Source of the DNA: an uncultured Acidobacteriota bacterium
GTDB taxonomy: Bacteria > Acidobacteriota > Thermoanaerobaculia > UBA5066 > DATFVB01
Reading direction: 5' to 3'
Length of the DNA: 64,000 bases
Assembly (NCBI GenBank): GCA_963813155.1
Contig: CAWEYG010000001.1
Span: forward strand, 224,001-288,000
The notes beneath the pieces were generated by a model. That model searched no databases and was not told where the DNA came from. It saw nothing but the letters and a program-made list of their open reading frames with translations. A program made the position numbers and the translations under genes. Below are positions 51,229 through 60,464 of this stretch, in pieces; the stretch's first letter is position 1; every line of letters starts with the position of its first letter.

Positions 51229-52111
51229 CGCCCCGGTCGCGAAGTTTCGGAAGCCGGCGCTCGAGAACCGCGAGCGTCGTCGGGTGCGGATGACCGATCG
51301 CGACGGCGAAACCGTCTTTTCGGCAAGCCGACTCCGCCGAGTCGAGCTGGCGCTCGACGGACTGTTCGTCGGCATCGTCGTCGAGAAAGACGCTCCGCGA
51401 GAGCACGGGAACGCCGAGCCGCATCCCCACGTCCGGGACGACCGTCAGGCCGGTCGTCCGGCTGTCGAGAAAGAAAAGGCCGCGTCGCGACAGGCCCCCG
51501 AGCAGCGCCGACACGGTCTTCCGGTCGGCGGTTCCTTTCGACCCCATGTGGTTGTTGACGCCATCCGCTCCCGGCACGCTCTCCAGGTCCGCGGCGAGCG
51601 TCGCCTCGATTTCCCCCGCGGACATCGAATCGCGGATCAGTCCGGGCCCCGGATTCATCCTCGGGTCGAGAGGTTCCATCGGAAGATGAAGAAGGACTTC
51701 CTTCCCGGCCGCGCGAAGGGCGTCGGCCGTTTCGCGGCTCCGGGGAAGCTCGGGAAGGACCGCTCCGGCGAGCGGCACCCGGATGCGCAGAAGTCGATCG
51801 AGAGCCCGGGGGTCGTTGCCGAGGTCGTCGATCACGATCGCGAGGCGGGGGCTCGCGGGAGCGCCGGAATCCGCCGTCGCGACGATTTCGTCGGTTTTCG
51901 AGGAGCGATCGCGCTGCCGGGCTTCCCGGGCCGGCGCCGGTTCGCGCGGAACGCGCGCCCGGGGCTGCTCGGCATGGGGAGACTCACGGGCCGCTGGCGC
52001 GACGGGGCGACGGTTCCACAGAAGGCCGATGGCCAGGCCCAGCCCAAAGGCCGCGGCGGCGACGAGAAGGGTACGGGATCCTGTGGGTTTCTTGGAAATC
52101 GAATTCGCCGT
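51182..52111 (-). CDS. Divergent polysaccharide deacetylase (YibQ family) with N-terminal TM; no canonical start codon
   Basis: LAIVIDDLG, LHLPMEP, GVNNHMGS, FLDSRTT, VFLDD, AIGHP. The frame stays open upstream through a TM to ACG at 52111. Confidence 0.85.
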   Translation of the reverse strand, partial: TANSISKKPTGSRTLLVAAAAFGLGLAIGLLWNRRPVAPAARESPHAEQPRARVPREPAPAREARQRDRSSKTDEIVATADSGAPASPRLAIVIDDLGNDPRALDRLLRIRVPLAGAVLPELPRSRETADALRAAGKEVLLHLPMEPLDPRMNPGPGLIRDSMSAGEIEATLAADLESVPGADGVNNHMGSKGTADRKTVSALLGGLSRRGLFFLDSRTTGLTVVPDVGMRLGVPVLSRSVFLDDDADEQSVERQLDSAESACRKDGFAVAIGHPHPTTLAVLERRLPKLRDRGVTACRVSELRTSPLP

Positions 52112-52112
52112 G

Positions 52113-53276
52113 TCAGGAGGCGGCAGGCTTCGCGACGGTGCCGCGCGCGACTTCGACGGCGCGACGGATCACGGGGTCGCCATCGGACTTCTCCCCCGGG
52201 AAGAGATCGACGCGAATCGTCGGACGCAGGGCCCGCCCGGTCAATTCGGTTCCGGACGGCGTCACGTACTCGCCGACCGTCATGTACAGCGCGCCTCCGG
52301 ACGACATCGGAAGGAGTTTCTGGACGATCGCCATGCCGGCCGTCGGTTCGCCGACGAGATCGCTCCCCGCCCGGTCGTGCAGAGCGCCGGCGAAGACCTC
52401 GGGAGGCCCCCCGGATCCGCTGTCGATCAGAACGACCGTCTTGCCCTTCCAGACCTGAGTTCCGGAGGTCGAAAACGTCTTTCCCGCAATCTTCTTGCCG
52501 GAGACTTTCGCCACTTCTCCCGACGGGATGAAGAGCGACGCGGTTCGGACCGCCTCTTCGATGTCCCCTCCGGCCGAGTCCCTCACGTCGACGATGATTG
52601 CCGGGGAGCCGGGCGGAAGCGATTCGAGCTGACGCTTGACCGCCGCGGCGACGCCGGGCTGAAAGTACGGGATGCGAATCACCGGAACCTGCTCTTCCGA
52701 TCGCTTCGTCACCTCCGCCGGCTGGTACGCCTTCCGCGCGACGCGGACCGTGACCTCGCGCTCGTCTCCGCCCCGCAGAAGCCGCAGCGACGTCGCGGAA
52801 CCCTCGGGCCCCGAAAGACGAGCCTCGATCTCCCAGAGAGACTGATTGCGGGACGGGGCGCCTTCCACGGAGAGAATCACGTCGCCCGGCTTGACGCCGG
52901 CGGCCTCCGCGGGAGAACCCGGCACCGGCGCGACCACGAAGGCGAACCCGCCGCGACGCCCGAGCACGAGACCGGAGTCGGACGCCTTCGACGCCGAAAA
53001 AGCCCGATACTTCGCCATCTGCCCGGCGGAAACGTAGTACGAATAGGGGTCGATCGCGTCCGTCACGCCGTCGTAAGCGCCCGCCAGGAGGGCCGACGTG
53101 TCGACCGGCTCGACGTAGTTCGTTCGCGTGAGATTGAGCACTTCGGTGAAGATCGCGAGCGGCTTCAGGACGGGGTCCTTGCCGGGCGCGAGGATCGGCC
53201 CCTTGAGGGCGGTCAGCAGCACCAGCGCCGCGATCGACGCCAGGACGAAAGCGAGACGGGACCGATTCGACTTCAT
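52113..53276 (-). CDS. S41/CtpA-like protein with PDZ domain, catalytic residues substituted
   Basis: DPYSYY, PGSPAEAAGVKPGDVI, IVDVRDSAGG, VLIDSGSGGPPEVFAGAL, VGEPTAGMAIVQ. Confidence 0.8.
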   Translation of the reverse strand: MKSNRSRLAFVLASIAALVLLTALKGPILAPGKDPVLKPLAIFTEVLNLTRTNYVEPVDTSALLAGAYDGVTDAIDPYSYYVSAGQMAKYRAFSASKASDSGLVLGRRGGFAFVVAPVPGSPAEAAGVKPGDVILSVEGAPSRNQSLWEIEARLSGPEGSATSLRLLRGGDEREVTVRVARKAYQPAEVTKRSEEQVPVIRIPYFQPGVAAAVKRQLESLPPGSPAIIVDVRDSAGGDIEEAVRTASLFIPSGEVAKVSGKKIAGKTFSTSGTQVWKGKTVVLIDSGSGGPPEVFAGALHDRAGSDLVGEPTAGMAIVQKLLPMSSGGALYMTVGEYVTPSGTELTGRALRPTIRVDLFPGEKSDGDPVIRRAVEVARGTVAKPAAS

Positions 53277-53324
53277 CTTGGCGATTCTAACACCCGGAAA
53301 GCCCTGCGCATTCCGGCGGCGAAA

Positions 53325-56300
53325 TCACCTCAGCCACCCCAGCGGGTCGGTCGCCTTCTGATGGTCCCGCACTTCGAAATAGAGAGACGGCTCGGTTTCG
53401 CCCGGCCCGACTCCGACCAGGCCGACCCGGTCCCCGGTGGAGACGACATCCCCGACCCTCACGACGATCGACCGGAGCCGCGCGTAGAGCGTCAGGACCT
53501 CGTCCCCGTGGTCGAGCACCGCCATGTTTCCGTATTCCGGGAACCACCGGGCGAACACGACTCTCCCGGAGTAGACGGCCGTCACGGGAGATCCATCCGG
53601 AGCGAGGATCTCGACGCCGTTGGACACGGTCCAGGCGTCGAACCGCGGATGGCGATGGCGTCCGAACGTGACAGAGATGCTTCCCCGGGCCGGCCAGTCC
53701 AGAACGCCCTTCCACGGGCGCGGGGAGCCGGCGGCGCCCGAATCGCCCCGGGAAAGGAGATCGAGCAGCGATTCGAGCCGTTGCGCCTTGTCCGAGAGCT
53801 CGGTGACCTGCTTTCGGGATTGCACCGCTTCGGACTGGGAGCGAGAAAGCAGGCGAAGCCGCTCCTGCTTCAGCGAAGCGATGCGCGCCTCCTGCTTGCG
53901 GTCCTCGGCGAGAAGACGGTCGGTTTCGGCGGCGAGCGCGGTTTCCGCGCTCAGGTCGTCCTCCAGCCGGCGTCCCGCCTCGGTGAAGCGCTTGAGGGAC
54001 TGGGCATCGGCGCGCGCCAGGCCGTCGAGAGTCTCGAGGGCGAGGAACACCTGCGACGTGGTCCGCGTCGAAAGAAGCACCTGGAGATAGCCGAAGCGTC
54101 CGAGACGCGACAGGAGCAGGATCCGGGAACGCAGAGCGCCCAGCGACTTCTGTCGCTGGGCGCGGGCCTGCGCGAGATCCAGGGACGTCTCCCCGCTGCG
54201 CCGCGCCAGATCGTCCCGGCGCGCGGCAATCCATTCGCGCTCCCTTCCCGCCATTTCCAGCCGCAGATCGAGCGCCTCGACCTCCTGGCGCAGCGAAGCC
54301 GTCTTCTTTTCCGCTTCCCGAAGCCGCCTCTTCGAGTCTTCGACTCGAGCCTGCAGGCGCTGCAGGTCCTGGCGTCCGGATTCGGCCGGCGTTCCGGGCG
54401 GATCCGCGCGCGCCGCCGAAGGGACCCCGACGCAGGCCGCAAGCGCAACGCACGCGGCGATTCCGTTTCGACGGTGCCGGCCGGAGCGGGAAGCGCCGCC
54501 CAGCCGCTTTCGGAGCTTCGAGAGAGATTCGGAGACCTCGCGCGACGTCTCCGGGGAGGCCGGGCGGCCCCCGAAGGATTCCACCCGGTAGATTTCGACG
54601 ATTTTCCTCGCGAGGCCGGCCGCGTACGCGCCCGCGGACGCAAACCCTCGAATCACCTCGGAAGAGGCGGCCGAATCCGAAAGAGGCCCGATCTTCCGCC
54701 GGTGCAATTTCCGCAGCTCCATGTATCCCGCCACCCCGGGGGAACGCCGTCCTCGCCGGGCCCGCCGAAGCAGAACCCGGGCCAGCCCGGCGAGCAGAAC
54801 GGCGAGGAACGCGACGAGGACGGGAGCGAGCCGCGGCGTTCGCACCGAGGACTCCAGGCGCGCGATCAGCGCTCTTCCGATTTCGATCAGTTGCACCTGC
54901 TCGAGCGAGCTGAACCCGAGGACATTGCGATCGTAGAAGAATTCGATCTCGTTCCCCAGCTCGGTGATCTTCTTCCAGACCGACACGGTCGTGACGCCGG
55001 GCCGGCCCTCCGCCGGCGTCGGGTCGAAGACCCGGAATCCCCGGCCGTCCACGTCGGCCTCGACCCAGGCGTGGAGATTGCTCCCGCGCACGAGAATTTC
55101 CGAAGAAAACGGCCCGAGCTCGCCGCCGAGCGAGCCTGTCGCGAGCCGCGCGGGAATTCCCTCCGCGCGCATCATCAGCGCGAGGGCGCTCGCGAAATAT
55201 TCGCAATGACCCTGCCGCGTGCGCAAAAGAAAATCCACGACCGGCTCGCCTCGGGCCGGCGGAGGATCGAGGCGGTACAGGAACCCCTTCGAGAAGTAGC
55301 CGACGAGACGGCTCGCGACGGCCCGGCGATCCGAGGCTCCGGCGGCGAGCCGGTCCGCGAGATCGGCGATCTCGGGAGGAACGTCGCGGAGAGTCACGCC
55401 CGTGCGGCCCGGTCCCGCTCCGTCCACCTGCGGCACGTACTCGACGCGGTAACGTTGTCCGCCGATCGGGCCGGGCGGCGCGACCGTGGCGTCGGAGGCG
55501 ATCGAGAGCTGCGAAGACATCGCCGAGATCGCCGTCGCGCCGTAGGGAACGAACAGGAAAGACGACGCCAGCGACGACGCTTCGATGTCGACCGCGCGGC
55601 CGGCGGGAGGATGCGGGAGCGCGACGGCCGTGCGATACGGCTCGGGGATCTCGACTCTCGCGTCGATGTTGGGAAGGCGCGCCATCGGCATTCCTTCCCT
55701 CGTCCATCGCCCCTCGGAGTAACGGTTGAAGGTCGTTTCGCGTAGCCGCAACGGATCCGCGATTTCTCCTCGCGAAGCCTGCACCCTCAGGAGGATGCGG
55801 TCGCTCCTCTTCGACGACGGGAAGGAAGTCAGGTCGACGCGGTCCGACGTGAAGAACGAGCCGCCGAAGGTCTCTTTCGGAACCGGCGCGGTCGCGAAGG
55901 GCGTTTGAAGCCGCGGAAGCGCGACGAACAGGGGGATCGCCAGGGCCGCGATGGCAACCACCGCGAGCAGCGACATTCCCGCCGTCGGGACCCGCGCGAA
56001 AAATCCGGCGGGGGGAGACTCGTCGAAGTCGGACAGGATCGCGATTCTCGCGAGGCAACGGAAGGACACGACGGCGATGAAGGCGAGGTACAGAAGCGAG
56101 GCGACGTGGGTCGAAGTCGAAGCCGCGTCGAGGGTGAGAAAAAAACAGAGCAGCAGGACCATGCTCTCGTCCCGGGACGACCGAAGGGACGCGAGCTTCG
56201 CCGCCGCCGTGAAAAGCAGGAGGTTCGTCGCCGTCTTGACCAGCCCGTGGTGCAGGAATCGGACCTCGCGGTAGAAGAAGCCGACGTAGAGAAGGGCAAG

Positions 56301-56504
56301 AACGTTCAGGACCGAGTTGGACAGTTGCAACGGGCGCGCTCGCCGCGCCCGGAGAAACACGTACAGGAGCAGGGCCTCGTAGGCGACCAGGACGCGAACG
56401 TCGAGGACTTCCGTCCAAGGCAGAGGCAGCGGCGCCGCGGCGGCAAGCGGCCAAAGGGCGGCCTGGTGGGCGGCCCGGGAGCCCCGGGAGAATCGCTCGC
56501 TCAT
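53325..56504 (-). CDS. Membrane transglutaminase (TgpA/DUF3488 type) fused to an EnvC-like coiled-coil and degenerate M23 domain
   Basis: Multi-TM N-terminus, LFVALPR, triad GHCEYFA / LHAWVE / FDPTP; then long coiled coil, KGVLDWPARG, YGNMAVLDHG, LYFEVR...DPLGWL. Confidence 0.8.
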   Translation of the reverse strand: MSERFSRGSRAAHQAALWPLAAAAPLPLPWTEVLDVRVLVAYEALLLYVFLRARRARPLQLSNSVLNVLALLYVGFFYREVRFLHHGLVKTATNLLLFTAAAKLASLRSSRDESMVLLLCFFLTLDAASTSTHVASLLYLAFIAVVSFRCLARIAILSDFDESPPAGFFARVPTAGMSLLAVVAIAALAIPLFVALPRLQTPFATAPVPKETFGGSFFTSDRVDLTSFPSSKRSDRILLRVQASRGEIADPLRLRETTFNRYSEGRWTREGMPMARLPNIDARVEIPEPYRTAVALPHPPAGRAVDIEASSLASSFLFVPYGATAISAMSSQLSIASDATVAPPGPIGGQRYRVEYVPQVDGAGPGRTGVTLRDVPPEIADLADRLAAGASDRRAVASRLVGYFSKGFLYRLDPPPARGEPVVDFLLRTRQGHCEYFASALALMMRAEGIPARLATGSLGGELGPFSSEILVRGSNLHAWVEADVDGRGFRVFDPTPAEGRPGVTTVSVWKKITELGNEIEFFYDRNVLGFSSLEQVQLIEIGRALIARLESSVRTPRLAPVLVAFLAVLLAGLARVLLRRARRGRRSPGVAGYMELRKLHRRKIGPLSDSAASSEVIRGFASAGAYAAGLARKIVEIYRVESFGGRPASPETSREVSESLSKLRKRLGGASRSGRHRRNGIAACVALAACVGVPSAARADPPGTPAESGRQDLQRLQARVEDSKRRLREAEKKTASLRQEVEALDLRLEMAGREREWIAARRDDLARRSGETSLDLAQARAQRQKSLGALRSRILLLSRLGRFGYLQVLLSTRTTSQVFLALETLDGLARADAQSLKRFTEAGRRLEDDLSAETALAAETDRLLAEDRKQEARIASLKQERLRLLSRSQSEAVQSRKQVTELSDKAQRLESLLDLLSRGDSGAAGSPRPWKGVLDWPARGSISVTFGRHRHPRFDAWTVSNGVEILAPDGSPVTAVYSGRVVFARWFPEYGNMAVLDHGDEVLTLYARLRSIVVRVGDVVSTGDRVGLVGVGPGETEPSLYFEVRDHQKATDPLGWLR

Positions 56505-57538
56505 GCCGCGACCCTCCGGCGGGTCTCTCCCGGGCGCGGGGAAGGAAACGGCGGCGCGCCCTCGACCGGGAGCGCCGGCAGCCGGGCGAGCGCCTCCAGG
56601 ACGCGGCGGCGCTGGGAGAACCCGCCTCCGGGCGCCAGCGAAAACCCCCGGGCCGCGAGCCCGACCTCGCCGCCGGAGGCGAGCACCCGCAGCGCCTCCC
56701 CCGCCGTGAGCGAGATCGAACGCTCCAGCCTTTCGATCTCGGCCGGATCGAGAGGACGGGACAGCGCGTTCTCGACGAGGAAAACGACCGAGCTCGACCG
56801 CTCGTCTTCGCGCTCCCGGACGATCCACTTCTGCATCCGAGCCGACTGCTTCCAGTGAAGATCGCGAACGTCGTCGCCGGAGGAAAACTCGCGCAGCGTG
56901 CGCACCTCGGCGCCGAAGCCGCGGCGGGCCGCCGAATGCCTCCGCCCGCTCGTCGAGTCCTGGGCGGGCTCCGGGAGGCCCGACCGCTCGGGCGCCGGAA
57001 AGACGACGATCTCCTCCGGAATCCGCGCGTCCGCGTACTTGCGAAAAAGCCCCAGCGGAAACCGGCTCATCACGCCGGCGTCCGCCGTCGGAAAAACGCC
57101 CCGCCGGGGAAATACCGCCTCGACGAGATACCTCCTCTCCTCGCCGGGCGCGAGGGGCTCGAGGTAGAGCGGAGCCGGAAGCGCCTCGTGGAGAAACCAG
57201 ACTCCCTGGGCGGTAAACCGGCGCGAACGGCATTTCGCGACGATCAGAAGATTCGACGGCCGGCCCGCGACGATTTCGCCCTGCGCCCGGACGGTGCATT
57301 CGACCGCGCGGACGTTCCGGCGAGACACGATGCCGGAAACGACCATCCCGGCGAGCAATCCCGCCAGAATCGTGTAGAGCCCGTTGTTCGCCGTGTTCGT
57401 CGCCGCGATCGCGACGAGCAGCGTGAGGAGAATGTACGAGAGTCCGAGGTTCGTGATCCGAAGGTGCCAGGAGGGGACCAGACGCGTCACGCGAGGTTTC
57501 GTCGAGGGCGGATCCTCCGGCCGGATCTCGCGGTTCAT
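56501..57538 (-). CDS. DUF58 protein (MoxR-associated)
   Basis: AATNTANNGLY, RRG, FPLGLF, LREFSSGDDVRDLHWKQSAR. Confidence 0.88.
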   Translation of the reverse strand: MNREIRPEDPPSTKPRVTRLVPSWHLRITNLGLSYILLTLLVAIAATNTANNGLYTILAGLLAGMVVSGIVSRRNVRAVECTVRAQGEIVAGRPSNLLIVAKCRSRRFTAQGVWFLHEALPAPLYLEPLAPGEERRYLVEAVFPRRGVFPTADAGVMSRFPLGLFRKYADARIPEEIVVFPAPERSGLPEPAQDSTSGRRHSAARRGFGAEVRTLREFSSGDDVRDLHWKQSARMQKWIVREREDERSSSVVFLVENALSRPLDPAEIERLERSISLTAGEALRVLASGGEVGLAARGFSLAPGGGFSQRRRVLEALARLPALPVEGAPPFPSPRPGETRRRVAA

Positions 57539-57540
57539 CT

Positions 57541-58476
57541 TCAGACCGGCACGGGCACCTCGGAGAGGATCTTGCGGATGATCTCCCTCTCGCGGGAACC
57601 CGTTCCGAAGCCGTCGGACGACACGGAAAGAATGCGATGCGCCAGGACCGCCTCGGCGACGGCTTTCGCGTCCTCCGGAAGCGCGAACTCTCGCCCGGCG
57701 AGGAGCGCCCGCGCCTGCACCGCGCGAAACAGCGCCTGAGCGCCCCGGGTCGAGACGGGGAGCCGCAGGTCGGACCGCTTGCGGCTCGCCTCGATGAGCG
57801 CGTAGATGTAGTCGAGCATCTTGTCCGCAACGCGAACTTCCTGAACGCTCGCCTGCAGTTTCGCGATCTCGTCCGGCTGGAGAACCGGCACGACCGATTC
57901 CAGGGCCCTCTCGGCGCCGCCGCTCTGGAGGAGTTTCTTTTCCTCCGCGGGGGCCGGGTAACCGAGGGAGATCCGCAGAAAGAAACGGTCGAGCTGCGAT
58001 TCCGGCAGCGGGTAGGTCCCGAGGTACTCGACCGGATTCTGAGTCGCCACGACGAGGAACGGCTCGGGCAGGCCGAGCGTGCCTTCGTCCGTCGTCACGC
58101 GGCCCTCGTTCATCGCCTGCAACAGGGCGGACTGGGCCTTGGGAGTGGCGCGGTTGATCTCGTCGGCGAGGATGATGTTGCCGAAAATGGGGCCGGGATG
58201 GAACTCGAACCGGTTGTGCGAGGAATTGAACACCGAAACGCCGAGGATGTCGGCGGGCAGCGTGTCGCTCGTGAACTGAATCCGCGAAAATTTCAGGCTC
58301 AGGGCGCGGCCGAGCGCCCGGGCGAGCGTCGTCTTGCCGACTCCCGGCACGTCTTCGATCAGGACGTGGCCATGGGACAGAAGCGCGATCAGGAGAGACT
58401 CGATCGCGGCGGGGTCGCCGCGGTACACCGAACCGATCGTGTCGCGGAGCCTCTGGAGCGGGAGCGCGCTCGTCAC
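57541..58476 (-). CDS. moxR: MoxR-family AAA+ ATPase
   Basis: GHVLIEDVPGVGKT, RIQFTSD, LADEINRA, ATQNPVE, LPESQLDRF. Confidence 0.93.
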   Translation of the reverse strand: MTSALPLQRLRDTIGSVYRGDPAAIESLLIALLSHGHVLIEDVPGVGKTTLARALGRALSLKFSRIQFTSDTLPADILGVSVFNSSHNRFEFHPGPIFGNIILADEINRATPKAQSALLQAMNEGRVTTDEGTLGLPEPFLVVATQNPVEYLGTYPLPESQLDRFFLRISLGYPAPAEEKKLLQSGGAERALESVVPVLQPDEIAKLQASVQEVRVADKMLDYIYALIEASRKRSDLRLPVSTRGAQALFRAVQARALLAGREFALPEDAKAVAEAVLAHRILSVSSDGFGTGSREREIIRKILSEVPVPV

Positions 58477-59468
58477 CGCGAGCTCGAAAGGAAGTCGCGT
58501 ACGGCATCGCGAAGGTCGCCCTCCCGCGAGCTCGGAAAAACGAGGATCCCTTCGGCCGTCGCCGCGACGACCGAATCGGAGATCCCGACCGTCAGCACCG
58601 GCTGGTCCGGAGAGGAGAGGACGAGGTTTCCGTTCGCGTCGCATCCGAGCAGTTCCCGGAGCGCCCGGTAGGACCCGACGTCGTTCCAACCGGCGTCGCA
58701 CGGGACGCAGAAGACTTTCTTCGCCTTTTCCATGATCGCGTAGTCGAAAGAGATCGAAGGCAGCCGCGCATAAGTCTCCGCTACGCCTCCGCCCGTCTCC
58801 CGGTCGTAACGACGGCACGCCTCGAGCAATTCCGGATCGACCCGGGAGGCCTCCGCGATCAGGTCGGAAGGACGGAACACGAAGATTCCGGCGTTCCAGA
58901 GAAAGTTTCCGGCGGTCAGATATTTCCTTCGCGGTTTCGAGATCCGGCTTCTCGACGAAGCGGCGCACCCGGCGGGCAGCGCCCCCGCCTTCGCCCGGCT
59001 CCGCCTCGATGTATCCGAATTCCGTCTCGGCTCGGACCGGAACGATTCCGAGCGTCACGATCGACCCCTCGCTTGCAGCCGTCGCGGCCGCCGCCCGAAG
59101 CGCGGCGCGCAGGGCCTCCGGATCCGACACGGACTGGTCGGCCGGAACGACCGCGGTGATCGGATCGCCGTCGCGCTCGAATCGCAGGGCGGCGCAGAGG
59201 ATGGCCGGGCCCGTGTTGCGGCGCGAGGGCTCCAGCATCAGGCTTCCCTCCGAGAGCTCCGGCAGCTCGGAGAGCGTCAGCTCCCGGTACGATTCCGCTG
59301 TCGCGACGAAAAAGTCACCGCCGAGAGGCGCGAGGCGCTCGTACGTGTCGCGGAGGAGCGACCGTTTTCCCCCGAGCGAAGAGGAATTGCTTCGGACGTT
59401 CTCTCCGTCGAAAGGGGCCAGAGTCGCGTTCCGGCGCCGCCCGCCAGCAGGAGAGAACGGATCTTCAC
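58473..59468 (-). CDS. manC: Mannose-1-phosphate guanylyltransferase (frameshifted)
   Basis: LLAGGAGTRLWPLS, LEPSRRNTGPAI, FGYIE, RFVEKPD, SFDYAIMEK, GWNDVGS over three frames. Confidence 0.85.
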
Positions 59469-60361
59469 GGCCAGGGAAGCCCCAGCAGCTCGACTTCCGG
59501 CACGAGCTCGATCGAGAATTTTTCCAGAACGCGCTGCCGCATCAGGCGCATCAACTCCAGCACGTCCGAGGCGGCCGCCCGATCTTCGTTCACGATGACG
59601 TTGGCGTGCCGGCTCGAAATTTCAGCTTCTCCCTGCCTCGTTCCCTTGAGCCCGCATTCTTCCAGCAGTTTACCCGCGAACTGGCCGGGAGGGTTCTTGA
59701 AAATGCTTCCGGCATTGGCCTGCGGCGGAAGGGCGCCGCGGCGTTTCTCGGTCACTTCGCGAGTCTTTCTCTCGATTTCCTCTTTCGAGGCCGGACGCAG
59801 CCGCAGGATCGCCCGGCAGACGATCGCTCCGCTCTCGATCAAGCCAGTCCACCGATAGCCGTGCTCGATGTCGGACCCGGGCACCTCGCGCAGATCCCCC
59901 GACCGGTCGAGCAACGTGACGCTTTCGAGAACGTCGAAGATCTCGCCGCCGTAGGCCCCGGCGTTGATGCGGACCGCGCCCCCCATCGAGGAAGGGATTC
60001 CGGAAATCGATTCGATTCCCGAAAGGCCCGCGCGCGCCGCCTTCGCGCACACGCCGCCGAGAGAAGCGCCGCCGCCGGCGGTCAGCCGTTCGCCGTCGAT
60101 CGAGACTTGCAGGAATTCCCCTTCCAGGACGACGACGTATCCGGGCAAGCCTTCGTCGGAGACGAGGACGTTGGAGCCCTTGCCGAGGATACGGAACGGT
60201 TTTCCTTCGGATTTCGCGGCCCGCAGCGACTTCGCCAGACCCTCGGCGCTCTTCGCGACGACGAAAAATTCCGCCGGTCCGCCGATTCGAAGCGTCGTGT
60301 GCTTCGCGAGCGGCTCCGCAAGGCGGATCTCGCCTTCCGAGGGAGAGAGGGCGAGAGTCAC
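59465..60361 (-). CDS. murB: UDP-N-acetylenolpyruvoylglucosamine reductase
   Basis: HTTLRIGGPA, GKGSNVL, GIPSSMGGAVRINAGAYG, AGSIFKNP, HANVIVN, LVPEV. Confidence 0.95.
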   Translation of the reverse strand: MTLALSPSEGEIRLAEPLAKHTTLRIGGPAEFFVVAKSAEGLAKSLRAAKSEGKPFRILGKGSNVLVSDEGLPGYVVVLEGEFLQVSIDGERLTAGGGASLGGVCAKAARAGLSGIESISGIPSSMGGAVRINAGAYGGEIFDVLESVTLLDRSGDLREVPGSDIEHGYRWTGLIESGAIVCRAILRLRPASKEEIERKTREVTEKRRGALPPQANAGSIFKNPPGQFAGKLLEECGLKGTRQGEAEISSRHANVIVNEDRAAASDVLELMRLMRQRVLEKFSIELVPEVELLGLPWP

Positions 60362-60460
60362 GACGTTTCCCCCTCACCCGGTCCTCCGTCGCTGCGCTCC
60401 GGAGTCCCACCCTCTCCCTCGAGGGAGAGGGCAAGCGAAGCGCGGGTGAGGGGGCACGTC
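60362..60460. repeat. Nested palindromic element (BoxC/REP-like)
   Basis: Outer arms CCCCCTCACCCG (60369) and CGGGTGAGGGGG (60443); inner perfect palindrome CCCTCTCCCTC-GAGGGAGAGGG (60410-60431); GACGT/ACGTC ends. Confidence 0.75.
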
Positions 60461-60464
60461 AGCT

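Noticed and set aside
56501-59238. Apparent ManC-MoxR fusion (57541-59238) and N-terminal extensions on the DUF58 and transglutaminase ORFs
   Set aside because: Artefacts of the manC frameshift and long open frames; real starts are at 58476, 57538 and 56504, each overlapping or next to the upstream stop.
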